A stretch of 64,000 bases of DNA, from NCBI RefSeq assembly GCF_009914755.1, contig NC_060936.1; one strand, 5' to 3'. Positions 1 to 13,185 of this stretch are shown here, one piece after another. The position numbers and the translations under genes were made by a program. The notes under the pieces are model-generated. The model made no database searches, was not told the origin of the DNA, and saw only the letters and a program-made list of their open reading frames with translations. This DNA is from the human T2T-CHM13v2.0 reference genome, Homo sapiens. The stretch's first letter is position 1. Each line of letters opens with the position of its first letter.

Positions 1-64
1 ATTTCTAAGATATAACTCTTGAGTTGAATCTCACAAAAAATGAGAAGATATTTTCCAAGCAGAC

Positions 65-508
65 TGTGGCAGACACTGCTCATTGGCTAAACTACCCACA
101 ACATCCCTCTCTCTAGGCATCTTCAAACCAGAGTGACTATGGTGCTGTTTGGGCAATGAGATATAAGTAGAAAACTGCTGGGTAGGGCTTATGGGAAACA
201 TTTGCTTTCTTAAAAAGAAGAGTTGTAGTGGGCATACCCCTGAATGTCCTTCCTTGTTCTTACTTAATGGAAAATAGATGTGATATTTAATATTTCAATG
301 ACCATCTTGAGACAGCAAAGTAACAAGCAGGGGGATGAAGGTCTGCATGTTAAGGAAGTCTGAAAGATAAAATGGGCCTTGGTCCTCATCAGCATTATTG
401 GGCAATTCTATCAACCTTGGAACACCAACCTATGGACTTTCCTATTTGTTTAAGCAGCTGCTAGTTGCTTTTCTGTTATTTATTGCCAGAGGGATTCCAG
501 CTGATACA
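65..508 (+). mobile_element. Old MaLR LTR (MLT1J/K-like)
   Basis: TGTGGCAGAC start and ...tttgtttaagc...ctgataca end resemble MLT1 LTRs; subfamily from memory. Confidence 0.55.
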
Positions 509-1299
509 AAATATTTTCAAGATAGGTCAGTGTGATAAACGACATGGGTTGTGAAACAACATACAGTGTTAAGTCATCTGCAAGTACAGAAAGGAGGTCA
601 ACTTGACTGTGGCTTAGGGATTAGGCTAAAGAGAGAGAGAGTCAGAGCCCTGTGTGCCATGTGAAAGAATCTGGTTTCCATTCTGCAGGCAGTTGTGTAG
701 ATAATGAAGTGAGTTAGGCATGAGAGAAACATGATTACTCTGGCATGAATATGACACACACATTGGAGAAGGGCAATATAGTCAGCAGGAAGACCATTCA
801 GGGGGCTAATTCAGTGTTCAGTTGGAAGAAAATGAGGGCCCAAAGTAAGATTACAACAGTGGGAAGAGTGAGAAAAAATATGGATTTCAAATGTACGTGA
901 TGTGACCTAATAACTACTTTAATATATATGGGCACATTGGAGAGAGAAGTTGTGTTACTGCAAATTATCACATCTGAAGCACCATTGAGGTAAAGGACAC
1001 AATTTTCTAATAAAGTATTTAAAGAAAAAATTTCCACCTGATTAATGATTAGATGTATATCCAATTATGAAACACTGCTGATCACAAAACACATCTTGAT
1101 TTCAGAGATGTGAAAAGATGTGCCTCTTTGAATGAATGAAAACTGGTATAGCTAAACTAATATTTATAGATACTGTATGCCAGGCATTGTGATAGGCACC
1201 TTGCTTATTTCACTTAGTGAACTCAAAACTTTATGAAAAAGGTGTGGGTTTTTTTTTCATTTTAGAGATAAGTAAAGGATGATTGTAGATTTCCTACTA

Positions 1300-2250
1300 G
1301 GGCAAGTGCTGGGTTTGTTGCTAATAACAGATAGGGAAAGTAGACATATTGAATTTGAGGTTCTTTTGAGATATCCAGTGAAGCTATTCAAGTAGGGAGC
1401 TGGGCACAGAGTTCAGAAGTTAAAGAAAAAAGTGATTAATTGGGTTCAGTCAATATTTAAAGGCTGACAATGAGCCAAGCTCTTGAATTAGGTACTGGGG
1501 ATGTGTGGCAAGTAAAGCAATCAAGTGGAGAGATGGATATTATTTAGTCAGTTCACAAGAATTTTAATGCATATTTTGTATCAGATACTGTTCTGTGGTT
1601 AACAAAAACCACATGTTCCTGCCATTGGGGATTATACATTCCTGTGGAAGAATACAGATCAAAGTATATAAACAAATAAATTAAATAAGGTAATTCCATA
1701 TGATGATAAATGCTGTGAAAGAAAAAAATGTTTCTTTTCTTCCCTGAACATCCAGGGAGATCCAACATAGATTGTGCATTCAGTCAAGACCTCTCTTATG
1801 ATATGGCATTTAAGCTGGGAATTTATCCTTGCAAAAAGGGAGAGGGCAAGTTATACAGCATTATAGGCAGAGGGAAGCATGTGCTAAACTCCCCAGACAG
1901 AAATAAAGTATTCAAGATTAGAGAGAGGGCCAATGTGCTGACACATCATCACCAAAGAGGGGAAAAGTATGAGGCAAGAGAATCACGGTGAAAATAGCAA
2001 TCTGGGAGCTACCTATACACACTATTAAAAGTTGTAGAAATGAATGAAGAAAATGTAGAGTGCAAAGAACAAGCAGCATAGATCTAAATCTAGAAGAATC
2101 TCAACATTTAGAGATCTGATAAAGAAGAAGATATCCAGAAACTGGTCTGTGGAGGAGGGGCCTCAGAAGAAAAACAGAAAAGTGTTATTTTACAGAAATC
2201 AAAGGTAGAGATTGTCCTAGGAAGTATAGATTGTTGGGTTTAATGCTGCT
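1300..2250 (+). mobile_element. Degenerate L2 fragments (a probable MIR at about 1150-1280 is adjacent)
   Basis: L2-like motifs (gagatatccagtgaagctattcaagtagg; cctgccattgggg...cctgtggaag); highly diverged, boundaries approximate. Confidence 0.4.
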
Positions 2251-2949
2251 GGCAAGAAGCCTGCTCTCAATATCAACCTTGGTAGAATTGGAAGGAAGTC
2301 TACAGAACTCTTCTTTCCCTGGTTAGACTTTGCCTGTCTTGGTCTCAATAACTATCATGGCAGAATTGCAGAATTGCACAAGGGACTACAGAACCCATGG
2401 TGTTGTGGAGAAGAATGCCACTTCCAATCTCTCCATCATTCCCCACCTCAAGTGCTTGACTCCGGTCTCAAGATGGAGGCTATAATCCAGACCTCTTCGT
2501 AAGAGAAAATCAAACTAATGCCTATACACCCATACATCTCTATTTACTTCGGTTGCTACAAGAAAAAGACACCAGGTGTCTTTTTTCTTTTAAAAATTTT
2601 ATTTTATTGTGGTAAGAACATTTAACATGAGATCTCCCTTTTAACAAATTGTAAGTGTACAATATATTATTGTCGACTATAAGTACAACATTGTAGAGCA
2701 AATCTCCAGAGCTTATTTACCTTGCTTCACTGAAATTTTATGTCCATTGATTACAAACTCCCCGTTCCCTCTTCAGTTTAGCCCCTGATAACCACTGTTT
2801 TACTCTTTGATTCTATGAATTTGGCTGTTTTAGATAAATCATGTAAGTGGAATCATGCAGTATTTGTCTTTCTGTGACTTATTTCACTGAGCATAATGTC
2901 CTCAAGATTCATTAGTTTTGTCGTATACAGAATTTTCTTCTTTTTAAAG

Positions 2950-4691
2950 AAGTTCGCCCTTCGGTGCTGGAAAGGCAACTGTTGGGATCTTCAGAGGCTC
3001 TGCAGCCAGGGGTGGAGGCAGCTGGGGAGGTCCTAGCCATGTAACCAAACCGCCATCGCTCCTCTCTTCCTCTCTTCTGCCTCTTCCTGTCTAGAAAATA
3101 ACTTTTTTACTCTAATGAAAGAAAAAAGTAGCTGTCTGCCCCTCACACCCTTTCTTCCTGTCAGCCCTCTGCTCTGTGAGGAAGCCCTGGGGGCTGCTCA
3201 GCTGCTGAGGCAGCGCAGCCGAGCCCCGGCGTTCCCGGGCCGCCCCACCTCTGCCTCCTTGCATCCCTTCTACCCCAGAGCCACCACCAGGGTAGGCGAG
3301 ATGGCCGCCTCCATGTCCTTCGTCTCCAAGTTTCTCCACAGCAAAGGGCTCACGAACGGGCAACAGCTGCAGACCTTCAGCCACAGCCTGCAGGAACTGC
3401 TGACAGAACATTATAAACATCACTGATTCCCAGAAAAGCCATACAAAAGATCAAGTTATCTTTGTATTCGCATCAACCATGAAATGGATCCCCTGGACAG
3501 GCAGCACAGTGGATTGGACCGAGCAGTCAGGAGCTGTTCAAGCTTTTCCCAAGTGAACTCACACTCTGGGTTGGACTCACGCTCACCTCAACCTATGAGA
3601 TGTCTGTCCTGCAGAATTGGAGAAGATGGCTCCATCTGTGTGCTGTATGAAAGCCCCACCAGCAGGGGGTAGCACTCAAAACAGCACCGACATACAAATG
3701 GTAGACAGCTGAATAAACTGTAAGGACGAATTTCTCTTGGGCAGAACCAGCCCTTCCAAAAACTACAGTATGATGACTGTATCAGGTTAAGATGGATCAT
3801 CTTATAGTGCATGGATAAATTTGATTTTGGCTTTGGGTGGGCTCCTATTGGGGATGGATTATGGAATTTAAACCATGTCACAGCTGTGAAGATCCGGCAC
3901 AAGATAGAGTGGTAAACATTTTTTTAAAAGTGACAGTGCCATAGTTTGTACAGTATCTTTCAATAATTTAATAGCCTATGAGTCCAAGTAAATGATCACT
4001 TTATTTGCTAGGGAGTGAAGTCCTAGAGTGATTTCAGCTTCTCCCAGACATACTTAAATTTTTACATCAATTCCTTTAAAGAAAATCCGTATGTCAAAGA
4101 ACCTTTCTCTGTAGTAGATCTCGCAGAGGAATTTGAACTATCACACTTGAAAATTATTGTTTACCTTTTTGGCAGCTCAATAGGGGAGCTCAACGTTTTA
4201 AACATAGTAGTACTGGAAATTTTACGACAAGACTTTTACCTAGCAAATATTTCTAAATGTACATAAAGACAAGCTAGCAAACATGACCTGGGAAAATGGT
4301 CAGACTTTGTATTGTGTTTTTGACCTTGAAAGTAGCAAGTGACCAGAATCTGCCATGGCAACGGGTTTTTAAAAAGACCCTTAGAAAGACTGTTTCAACT
4401 GTGGTGTTGGCACCAGCCAGCTCTACGTACATTTGCTAGCTTGTAGTTTTCTAAGACTGAGTAAACTTCTATTTTAGAAATTGGAGGTCTGGTTTGTAAC
4501 TTTCCTGGGTAAAAGTATTTTCATCTATTTTGTGAACTTTGTTAATCATATTTTATTTGGTAAATTATGAATGGGTATACATTTGTACAGTTCGTGTATA
4601 TTGATTGTGGCAAAGTTGTATTGATTTCTATATTTTGGATGAGAAATTTTTCTTCTGTAATAAATTGTTTCTTATCTTGGCATTTAAAAAA
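2950..4691 (+). pseudogene. BTG1P1: Processed BTG1 pseudogene (probably BTG1P1)
   Basis: Intronless BTG1 5'UTR+CDS+3'UTR: HPFY..GEMAA.MSFVSKFL..LQELL.EHYKHH, RIGEDGSICVLYE; ATG>TTG at 3259, W>stop at 3424-26, frameshifts, native stop 3788-90, AATAAA 4659-64, short A tail. Confidence 0.9.
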
Positions 4692-4704
4692 GGCAATATT
4701 CCAT

Positions 4705-4795
4705 TGTGCATGTGTGTGTGCATATATGTGTGCATATATATATGCATGTATATATAATATGCATATACATATATACAAATATAGATGAATATATA
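4705..4795. repeat. (TA/TG/CA)n low-complexity microsatellite inside the L1
   Basis: alternating purine-pyrimidine tract. Confidence 0.8.
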
Positions 4796-7700
4796 CACCA
4801 TGTTTCCATAGCAGTTGCACCATTTTGCATTAACACCAACAGTATACAAAGATTCCAGTTTTCTCCACATCTTTGCCAACCACTTGTTGTCTTTTATTTG
4901 ATAATAGGCATCCTGACATGTGTGAAGCGATATCTCATTGTGGTTTTGATTTGCATTTCCCTGATTAGTGGCATTGAGCATTTTTTCATATACCTATTGG
5001 CCATTTGTATGTTTTCTTTTGAAAGATGTCTACTCAGATCCTTGCCCATTTTAAAGTCATGTTATTAGTTTTTTTGCTGTTGAGTTGAGTTGTAGGAGTT
5101 GCTTATATGTTTTGGATAGCAACCCCTTGTCAGACACATGGTTTGCAAATATTTTCTACCATTCCATATGTTGTCTTTTCACTTTGTTGATTATTCCTTT
5201 GCTTTGCAAGAGCTTTCCAGTTTGACATAGTTCAACTTATTTGTTTTTGTTTTCGTTGTCTGTGATTTTGGTGTCATATCCAAGAAATCATTGCCAAGAC
5301 CAAGATCATAAAGCATGTCTTTTATTTTTTCTTATATCAGTTTTACAGTTTCAGGCCTTACTTTTATGTCTTTAATCCACTTTGAGTTAATTCTTGTGTA
5401 TGGTGTAAGATAAACATCAAATTTTATTGTTTTGCTTATGGATATACAGTTTTCTCCACACCATTTGTTGAAGGGACTATCCATTCCCCCTAGTGTATTC
5501 TTGGTACCCTTGTCAAAGACCAGTTGACCTTTTATGGGTGCATTTATTCCTGAGATCTCTATTCTGTCATTGATGTTTATCTGTCTTTATGCCAGCACCA
5601 TACTGTTTTGATTACTGTGGTTTTGTACTAAATTTTGAAATTAGGAAGTGTGAGTCCTCCAGCTTTCTTCTTCTTTCTCAAGATTGATTTTGTTATTTGT
5701 GATGTTTTCTCATTCCCTATAAATTTTAGGATTTCCTTTTCTATTTTTTTAAACAATACCAATGTGATTTTGACAGGGGTTGCATTGAATCTATAGATTG
5801 CTTTTGATATTATGGTTATTTTGACAATAGTAAATCTTCCAATCAATGAACATGGTATATATTTTTATTTAATTGTGTCTTAATTTCTTTCATCAATGTT
5901 TTTGTTTCCAGACACAGGTCTTTCACTTCCTTGGAAAAGTTTTTCCTTAAGTATTTAATTCTTTTTTGTGCTATTGTAAATGGGATTGTTGTCTTAATTT
6001 CCTTTTCAGAGTTTATTGCTAGTGTATAGAAATGCAACTGATTTTTGTAAGTTGATTTTGTAGCTTGCAATCTTACTGTATTTGTGTATTAGTTTTAACA
6101 GTTTTTTAAAATGGAGCCTTTGGGATTTTTAATACATAATATAATGGCATCAGCAAACAGGAAAAAGTTTATCTCTTCCTTTCTGATTTGGTAGGCTTTA
6201 ATTTATTTTTCTTACCTAACTGTTCTGGCTAGGGCTTTGGTTCTATATTGAATAAAAGTGGCAAGAGTGGGCATCATTGCCTTGCTCCTGTTCTTAAAGG
6301 AAAAGCTTTCAACTTTTCACCGTTGAGTCTGATATTATCTATGGGCCTTTCATATATAGCCTGTATTATGTTGAGATACTCTCCTATTTATAGTTTCTTG
6401 AGAGTTTTTAACATGAAAGAATGTTGAATTTTGTCAAATGCTTTCTCTGCTTGTATTTATATAATTATGTGATTTTTTTTCCCTTTATTCTGTGAATGTG
6501 GTACAAATTTATACATACTGAACCATCCTTGCATCCTGGGAATAAATACTACTTGGTCATGATGTATGATCCCTTTAATGTGCTGTTGGATTCTATTTCC
6601 TAATATTTTTAAAATATTTTTTGCATCTATATTCATCAGAGATATTGGCCTGTCATTTTTTTTTTCTTGTAGTGTCCTTGTCTGGCTTTGGTAGCAGTGT
6701 GCTACTGGCCTTATAAAATGAGTTTGGAAGTGTTCTCTCACTTTTTGGAAGCATTTGAGACTGATTGGCACTTTTTTAAAAAAATGTGTATTAGAATCTA
6801 CCTGTGAAGCTATCTGATCCTGGGTTTTTATTTGTTAGAAGGATTTTTGTTATTCATTAAATCTCCATACTAATGATAGGTCTGTTCAAACTTTCTTGAT
6901 TTTTACTTTTGACATGTTTTGTGTATTTGGGAATTTACACAATTCTTCTAGGTTATTCGATTAGTTGACATATTTGTTCACTTATGATCATTTTTATTTC
7001 TAAAAGAGCAGTTATAATGTATCTTCTTTCATTTCTTTTTTTTTAGTCTAAATAAGGGTGTGTTAATTATTTTTTTCAAAAAACCCACTGAGCCTCTTTG
7101 ATTTTTTTCTTTTCTTGTTTTATTTATTTCTTCTCTAATTTTTGTTATTTCTTTCTCTGCTAATTTTGAGCTTAGTTTGTTCTTTTTCTAGCCTCTTGAA
7201 GTATAAATTTGGGTTGATTATTTTAGATCTTTGTTCTTTGTTAATGTAGGTATTTATCACAGTAAACCTCCTTCTTAATAGTGCTTTTGCTGAATACCAT
7301 AATTTTAGTGTTTTTTATTTTTGTTTTCATTTGTATTAAGGCACTTTAAATTCCTTCTTGATTCCTTCTTTCACTCAATGACTTTTCAAGAGTCTGTTGT
7401 TTAATATCTATGTATTTTTTATTTTTCCAGTCTTCCTTCTGTTATTGATTTATAGTTTAATTTTGTTGTGGCCAGAAAGACACTTGGTGTGATTTCAATC
7501 TTTCTAAATTTGTTATAACTTATTTTGTGACTTAATATGTGACTTATCCTGGGGAAGGATCTGAGTGCACATGAGAAGAGTATGTATTCAGCTGCTGTTT
7601 GGTGGAATATTCTGCATATGTCTGTTTGGTCCATTTGGTCTATTGTGTTATTCAAGTCTGCTGTTTTCTTATGGATACAGATTTCTGTCTGAATGATGTA

Positions 7701-7944
7701 TCCATTATTGCAAATAGTATTGAAGTTTCCTACTATTATTTTATTGCTCCCTATTTCTCTTTTCTGTTTTTCCAATGTTTGCTTTATATATTTAGGTGTT
7801 CTACTGTTGGATGCATATATAATTGTAATTGTTATATATTCCTGTTGAATTGACCCTTTTATCATTATAAAATTTCCCTTTTGGTCTCTTGTAACAGTTT
7901 TTAACTCAGTCTATTTTATCTGATATAAGTGTAGCCACTCCTCC

Positions 7945-8360
7945 TGTAAGAGTTAAAGAAAGAGGAAAGAAACATGAAAAATGGCTCAACAGTGAAAGAC
8001 AGGTTTATTTTGGAGAATAAACCTGAGAGGGGATTCTGACCAATTTTTTGGTCAGGACCACTCTCTCTTACAGACTAAGAGTATTTAAGGGTTTTAGGGT
8101 AAGAGAGCTTATCACAGGCTTGGAATGTTTCTGTGTGGAGGAGAAGTTTATTGTGGGGTTGGAATGTCTCTGGTCAGAGGGGAGGTTATCTTGGGGCTGC
8201 ATCTCTCTGGCCGGAGAGGAGGTTATCTTGGGATGGGCATGTCTCTGGCTGGGGAGGGGTTTATTTTCGTGTTGGAATGTTTCTGGTCAGAGATGTCATT
8301 TGTGGTTTATGGTCATGCTGACATTAGCCATTAGGCTGATGCCCTTTGGGGCAGTTTTTG
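7945..8360 (-). mobile_element. 3' LTR (first ~60 bp of U3 missing)
   Basis: about 95% identical to 12712-13125 by hand alignment. Confidence 0.88.
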
Positions 8361-8645
8361 GGTAGTTGTCTGTGAAATGGCCATGATCCTGTCAGTTAAA
8401 AATCTCTGGAAAAGATTAATTAGGCAGGGTAAGAACATTAGTCCTAGGCATAGTAGTAGGGGGGGGCCCAGGAATGGGATGACCCATGCTATGGTTTTTT
8501 TCCCAAATCAAGAATCCATTTGGTTGTTTTGGAATTCCCTTAGCTCTTTGGCCCTTTCTTTAAGTTATTTAGCAGTGTTTCTTACTCGGCCCAATTGGTT
8601 GAGATAGAAGCAACATTCCTTACCTAATGAGAGGCAGAGGCACAT
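8361..8645 (-). pseudogene. Retroviral env TM remnant
   Basis: LCLSLGKECCFYLNQ (CX6CC motif) followed by hydrophobic WVIPFLGPPLLLCLGLMFLPCLI; internal stops. Confidence 0.8.
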
Positions 8646-11274
8646 GTTTGGAAAGGGCCACGTGTTATTTTCTGCCAGTAACCGTTATTAAAAAATAAAT
8701 CATGGTAGGAATGGTTTGCATTATTATACTTGGTTTAATTATTTGCATACAGTGCAGCAAGAATAATTATTTGTTACCTAGGCCTTTTAAACTGGCATTG
8801 ATGGAATTTTGTTCCATAGAAGGAATCTGAGATAAGGCCTTTTAAAGCTGAGCCCAGTCATGGAATTGTACCATTAAATACCTATGAGTTGGGTGAATTC
8901 CTCTCTTCCTGAGGTTCCAAGATAACTTGGGGGTACTGGCCTGTCAGAAAGTGACATTCTTTACTTACCACAGGTCAGAAACCCTGTACAGGGACTGTGC
9001 ACATAAAATATGAGGCCAGTTTCCCGAGAGTTTTATTGGCTCCATAAGTCAAGTTTGATTCCTTAAAGGACAGCACACCTCTCCAGTCAAAGCCTTGGTA
9101 AAATAACCAGTTTTTCAAATCATGTTCTGTTACAAAATAAAACAGATTCTTATTGCACTGATGGAAATAACTATATTGCCATAACTTAAATATACTCAAA
9201 AAGTAAAAAAGATTACTTCAGTCTCTAGGGGACCAAAAACAAGACAACAATTGTTTATGGATGACAAAAAGTTTTATAGTAGCCATAAAGTTACAATTGA
9301 CAAGAATATCTGTTACCTTTGTGGCATGCAATATTTTAACATAACAATTATAATTATTACTGATAACGTACACTAAGATATATCAGAAATATAGGAGTCT
9401 CTTATAACTTTGGAACACATACCAATAACATATGTATGCAAATATAGCCCAAAGAAAGCCAAACACCATTTTATATTTGACAATGCTTCCTGTATGATTT
9501 TATACCAAATAAGCTAAACCTTTATATTAGTGTGCTACTAATGTTAAACTCAATTTTTAATAGAACCTTGTAGATACATTTACCCGATTTTAATGTTTGA
9601 CCATAAGGTAAGATTTCTATAGACCCTTTTTAACCCTTTATAATTTTTGTTAAAGAGCAGGTTAGTGCTTTAAGAGAAACCAAACCCACTGTGCTTTTAT
9701 TTTAATGTCAGTTTACAGAAAAACTGGATGATACTTCTTCAACTTTAGCCAATATATTTACACACAGAATTTCCTTTACAATTAACCTTCCAAAACTTGC
9801 TTAAACCTTCATTTTTATTTTATTCAACTTAAAACAATTCTTTAACCTTTTAATCTAGGTAAAAATCCACATTCTCATGCCTCCTTATAATCTTTTTACC
9901 AAAAGTATATGTAAACTGTTTTTTCAATAGTCTTAAATACATGTTACACTGTTAACTTTTAGCAACCTTTACTTTTGTTGGTAAGTTTTGGATTTTAATT
10001 ATGTACTAGGTGGAGAGCCTAGGACCCAGACAGAAGTTCAGATAAGGTCCGACTTATTCCAGCATTTAACTCCATGTGTCCTAGGTCTTACCTAGCTGCA
10101 AAGCAGGCAAGTTGTACAGCTAAGAGTTATATGGCATTTTATAAAGCATTCAGGAGTCCTAATCACTTTTAAATTGTACAACATTTCTTGCATAAATTCC
10201 CTTTTATAAATTTTTTCATGACTTACATGGACAGTCTCTGACATGCCTCGACTTTGTTGTAAACATCCCTCTCTTTAAACAACTAGTTAATTTACTTCAG
10301 GACAGGAATTTACCATATATGATTCTTTTTTGTATAAATTCTCTTTTCTTTAATATCAAAGATGATAACAGTCCTTTCCCAAAGCAAACTTCCTTCATGT
10401 CTGTGCACTAGACTGCCTAAGGCCACAAAATTAGAAGTTAGGGTATTTCACTAAATAGTTCAAGATGAAGCTATCTTTATTAAACCAATATTAATGTTTC
10501 ATTTATTAAAAAATTACACAAGCAAAGATTATTCTGTTTGGGCTGAGTTATAGTTTTGTAGTCTCTATGCCAAATTTTGACACCTAATAGTATTTGGCAG
10601 AGATAAGTATGAAATTGCTTGATTAATAAATGCAAACAAAAATGTATGCTGGCAACTCTTAAAACATTTCTAATTTTACTGTGCCAGTAAGTTTTAAAGA
10701 TTAAAGTCACGTGAACTGAAAGGTCCCATAGCTTTTACTTTTCCTCTAAAAATATTTGATTTAAGCACTTATTTTTCTTAGGCCAGTCAATTAGAGCTTT
10801 TTAAATAGACATTGCACACCTAACACATATATAGCCACACAGACAACCAGAAGAAAATCCAGTAGTTATAAGATTTTTTTTCTAATTTTCCAATTGGATT
10901 ATTGGCCTTTGGGTGAGGCCCTTTAAGAACAGGGCTAGGAAAATAATTTCCAGGGCCTAATAAACAAGTAAAGCTGAGAGACAAAGACAGATTTTGAGAG
11001 GTACTTATTTACCTCTAATTCCAGGGGTTCCACAACGAAAACAAAGGTTTTTCCCCAAATGGGATTTGTGGCAACTTTTCTGTTTTCCCAAGGAATCCCA
11101 GGCCACCAGAAGTCATTTTAGGGTCTTTAATACCTGCACCAAGAGTGGCAAGAAAGAATGGAGAAAAGTAATTCAGTTGACTGGGAAAAAACCTTTTCCA
11201 GGAAAACAAGATTTATGAAGAGAAAAACATAAAGGCCTTTGAATATACTCATAGCTTGGACATCGATTTTAATT

Positions 11275-12060
11275 AAGCTGAGTGCTCTTTTTCATCAGGG
11301 GTGAGGGTTGAGGTTAGAATTATATAAATAATATACCAAGTTAAATTAAAGGATTGGGTTATGTGCAGGAATTCCCTGTGATAATGAGAGGGATTTTCAG
11401 AGAAAGATCCAAGGTGCTGTTTAATCTGTGACAAATCAGACATGGAGAAAGGGACATGAACACAAGCAATACCTTCGACCCTAGCCACTTCCCAGAGTAG
11501 GAGAAAGGCAGAGGTGGTTTGACTGGTTGAAGCAGTTTTTGAATGAGTAACAGGTGGAGAAGGAGGAAGAGTGGAGTTTGGGGCTGAGGGTTCGGACAGG
11601 CAAGAAGTGGATCCAGGGGGATGAGGATAGAGAGGGCATTCATCTGTAGGGTCAAAAGGGGTTTCAGAGGAAGGGGTTTAGAAGGAAGGAATTTCAGAGG
11701 AAGGAGAAACCTGGGGAGGGTTTTATTAAGAAGGATTTCATGAGGGGTGCAAGCTTGACACAGGGAGGGTCAGGATCTTAGGTAGAAGAAAGCCTGAATA
11801 TTCAGGCAAGAACCTCCTGCCATTTGCTGTTCCTGGTTATAAAGTTGTCAAGGTCCCTGAGAATTTGAAAAATCAAAGGTGCCATTTTCGGGCCATTAGC
11901 TGTCATTATCTAATTTGCACTGGGGCCCGGCCACGTTGCAATAAAAAGCCAAACACTTTGGCTTTATGCTTCCCATAAGCCAAGTTTGGCAAGGCTGTGA
12001 AGGAGACAGCTCAGTGGAGAGGACATAGGAATTTTGGATTGTTGAGCACCTATGTGGACT
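11275..12060 (-). pseudogene. Retroviral gag remnant (MA and start of CA)
   Basis: PKCLAFYCNVAGPQCKLDN (MA-like); VHVPFSMSDLSQIKQHLGSFSENP...LTSTLTPDEK (CA N-terminus of HERV-H/F-like gag); frameshifted. Confidence 0.8.
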
Positions 12061-12691
12061 GGTAAGAAGAAGCCTAGGGTGTCTGTTTTTGTTGTAGGTG
12101 TCCCCAGACAAAAGACAGAGACCCAGAATCCTCTTTCTAAAGAGAACAATTAAGCTGAGAAGAAACTGGGTGTCCCCAAGATTTCTTCTAGCCTAGTCCC
12201 ACTGGTCCTCTGAGGATCAGGATGGCATACCTGACTTTCCCGGGTACCATGAGAAAGTCAGGGGAAGGCAGATCTTACCAGTTGGCTGGATTAGTGTCCA
12301 ATATTGGATGTTCCAGTTGGAATTGGCAAAGGGCCTCTTGAACCAGAGCCACATGAGGAAGAGAGAGAGAGAGAGAGAGACAGAGAGAGACAGAGAGAAA
12401 GGAAAGTGAGGATGAGGGAGGAGGAGGGGACAAGTGTTAGAGAGCAAAATACCCACTGTGGGTGGTCAGAAGTGGTCAGGTCTCAGGACTCTGAGAGCCC
12501 ACTGGAGAGTAGCCCCAGCCTGAGCCTCACAGTTCCCTTCAGGTTAGTTGTCCTGCTCATGTAAATCACTTGAAAAGTGAAGTAAGAGGCAAGATGGGGT
12601 GGTTGGCCAGAGACTCTCAGGATCCAGTGGGATGAGCTGCCACTGCCCACTGCTTCCTGGGTTGCAAGAGAGCCTCTACCCACAACACCCG

Positions 12692-12709
12692 TCCTGGGTT
12701 TTGGCACCA
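12692..12709 (-). promoter_or_regulatory. Primer-binding site, tRNA-Phe
   Basis: TGGTGCCAAAACCCAGGA versus the tRNA-Phe complement TGGTGCCGAAACCCGGGA (16/18; both differences are CpG transitions). Confidence 0.85.
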
Positions 12710-12711
12710 AA

Positions 12712-13185
12712 TGTAAGAGTTAAAGAAAGAGGAAAGAAACACGATTAGTGGCTCAACAGTCAAAGACAGGTTTATTTTGGAGAATAAACCTGAGAGGGGC
12801 TTCTGGCCAATTTTAGTCAGGACCACTCTCTCTTACAGACTAAGAGTATTTAAGGGTTTTAGGGTGAGAGAGCTTATCACAGGCTTGGAATGTTTCTGTG
12901 TGGAGGAGAAGTTTATTGTGGGGTTGGAATGTCTCTGGTCAGAGGGAAAGTTATCTTGGGGCTGACATCTCTCTGGCCGGAGGGGAGGTTATCTTGGGGC
13001 AGGCATATCTCTGGTCGGGGAGGGTTTATTTTCGTGTTGGAATGTTTCTGGTCAGAGATGTCATTTGTGGTTTATGGTCATGCTGACGTTAGCCATTAGG
13101 CCAATGCCCTTTGGGGCAGTTTTTGATTAAGGGGAACTTTAAAATGCCAGTGCTTGTCCAAGATGATGATACTCCTGCCCTGTCA
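12712..13185 (-). mobile_element. 5' LTR (complete, about 474 bp)
   Basis: TGACAGGGCAGGAG...CTCTTACA on the minus strand, immediately followed by the PBS. Confidence 0.88.

Larger units (their letters stand above)
7945..13185 (-). mobile_element. Defective ERV1 provirus, HERV-F group (LTR19/HERVFH19-like), no pol
   Basis: Paired LTRs 7945-8360 and 12712-13185 with TG..CA ends; 5-bp TSD cctcc/cctac; tRNA-Phe PBS; gag remnant; env TM remnant. Family name from memory. Confidence 0.85.

Noticed and set aside
3115-3426. 103-aa ORF with a new upstream ATG in frame with the BTG1 N-terminus
   Set aside because: It ends at a premature stop (W>TGA) before most of the BTG domain, there is no promoter evidence, and it fits pseudogene decay.
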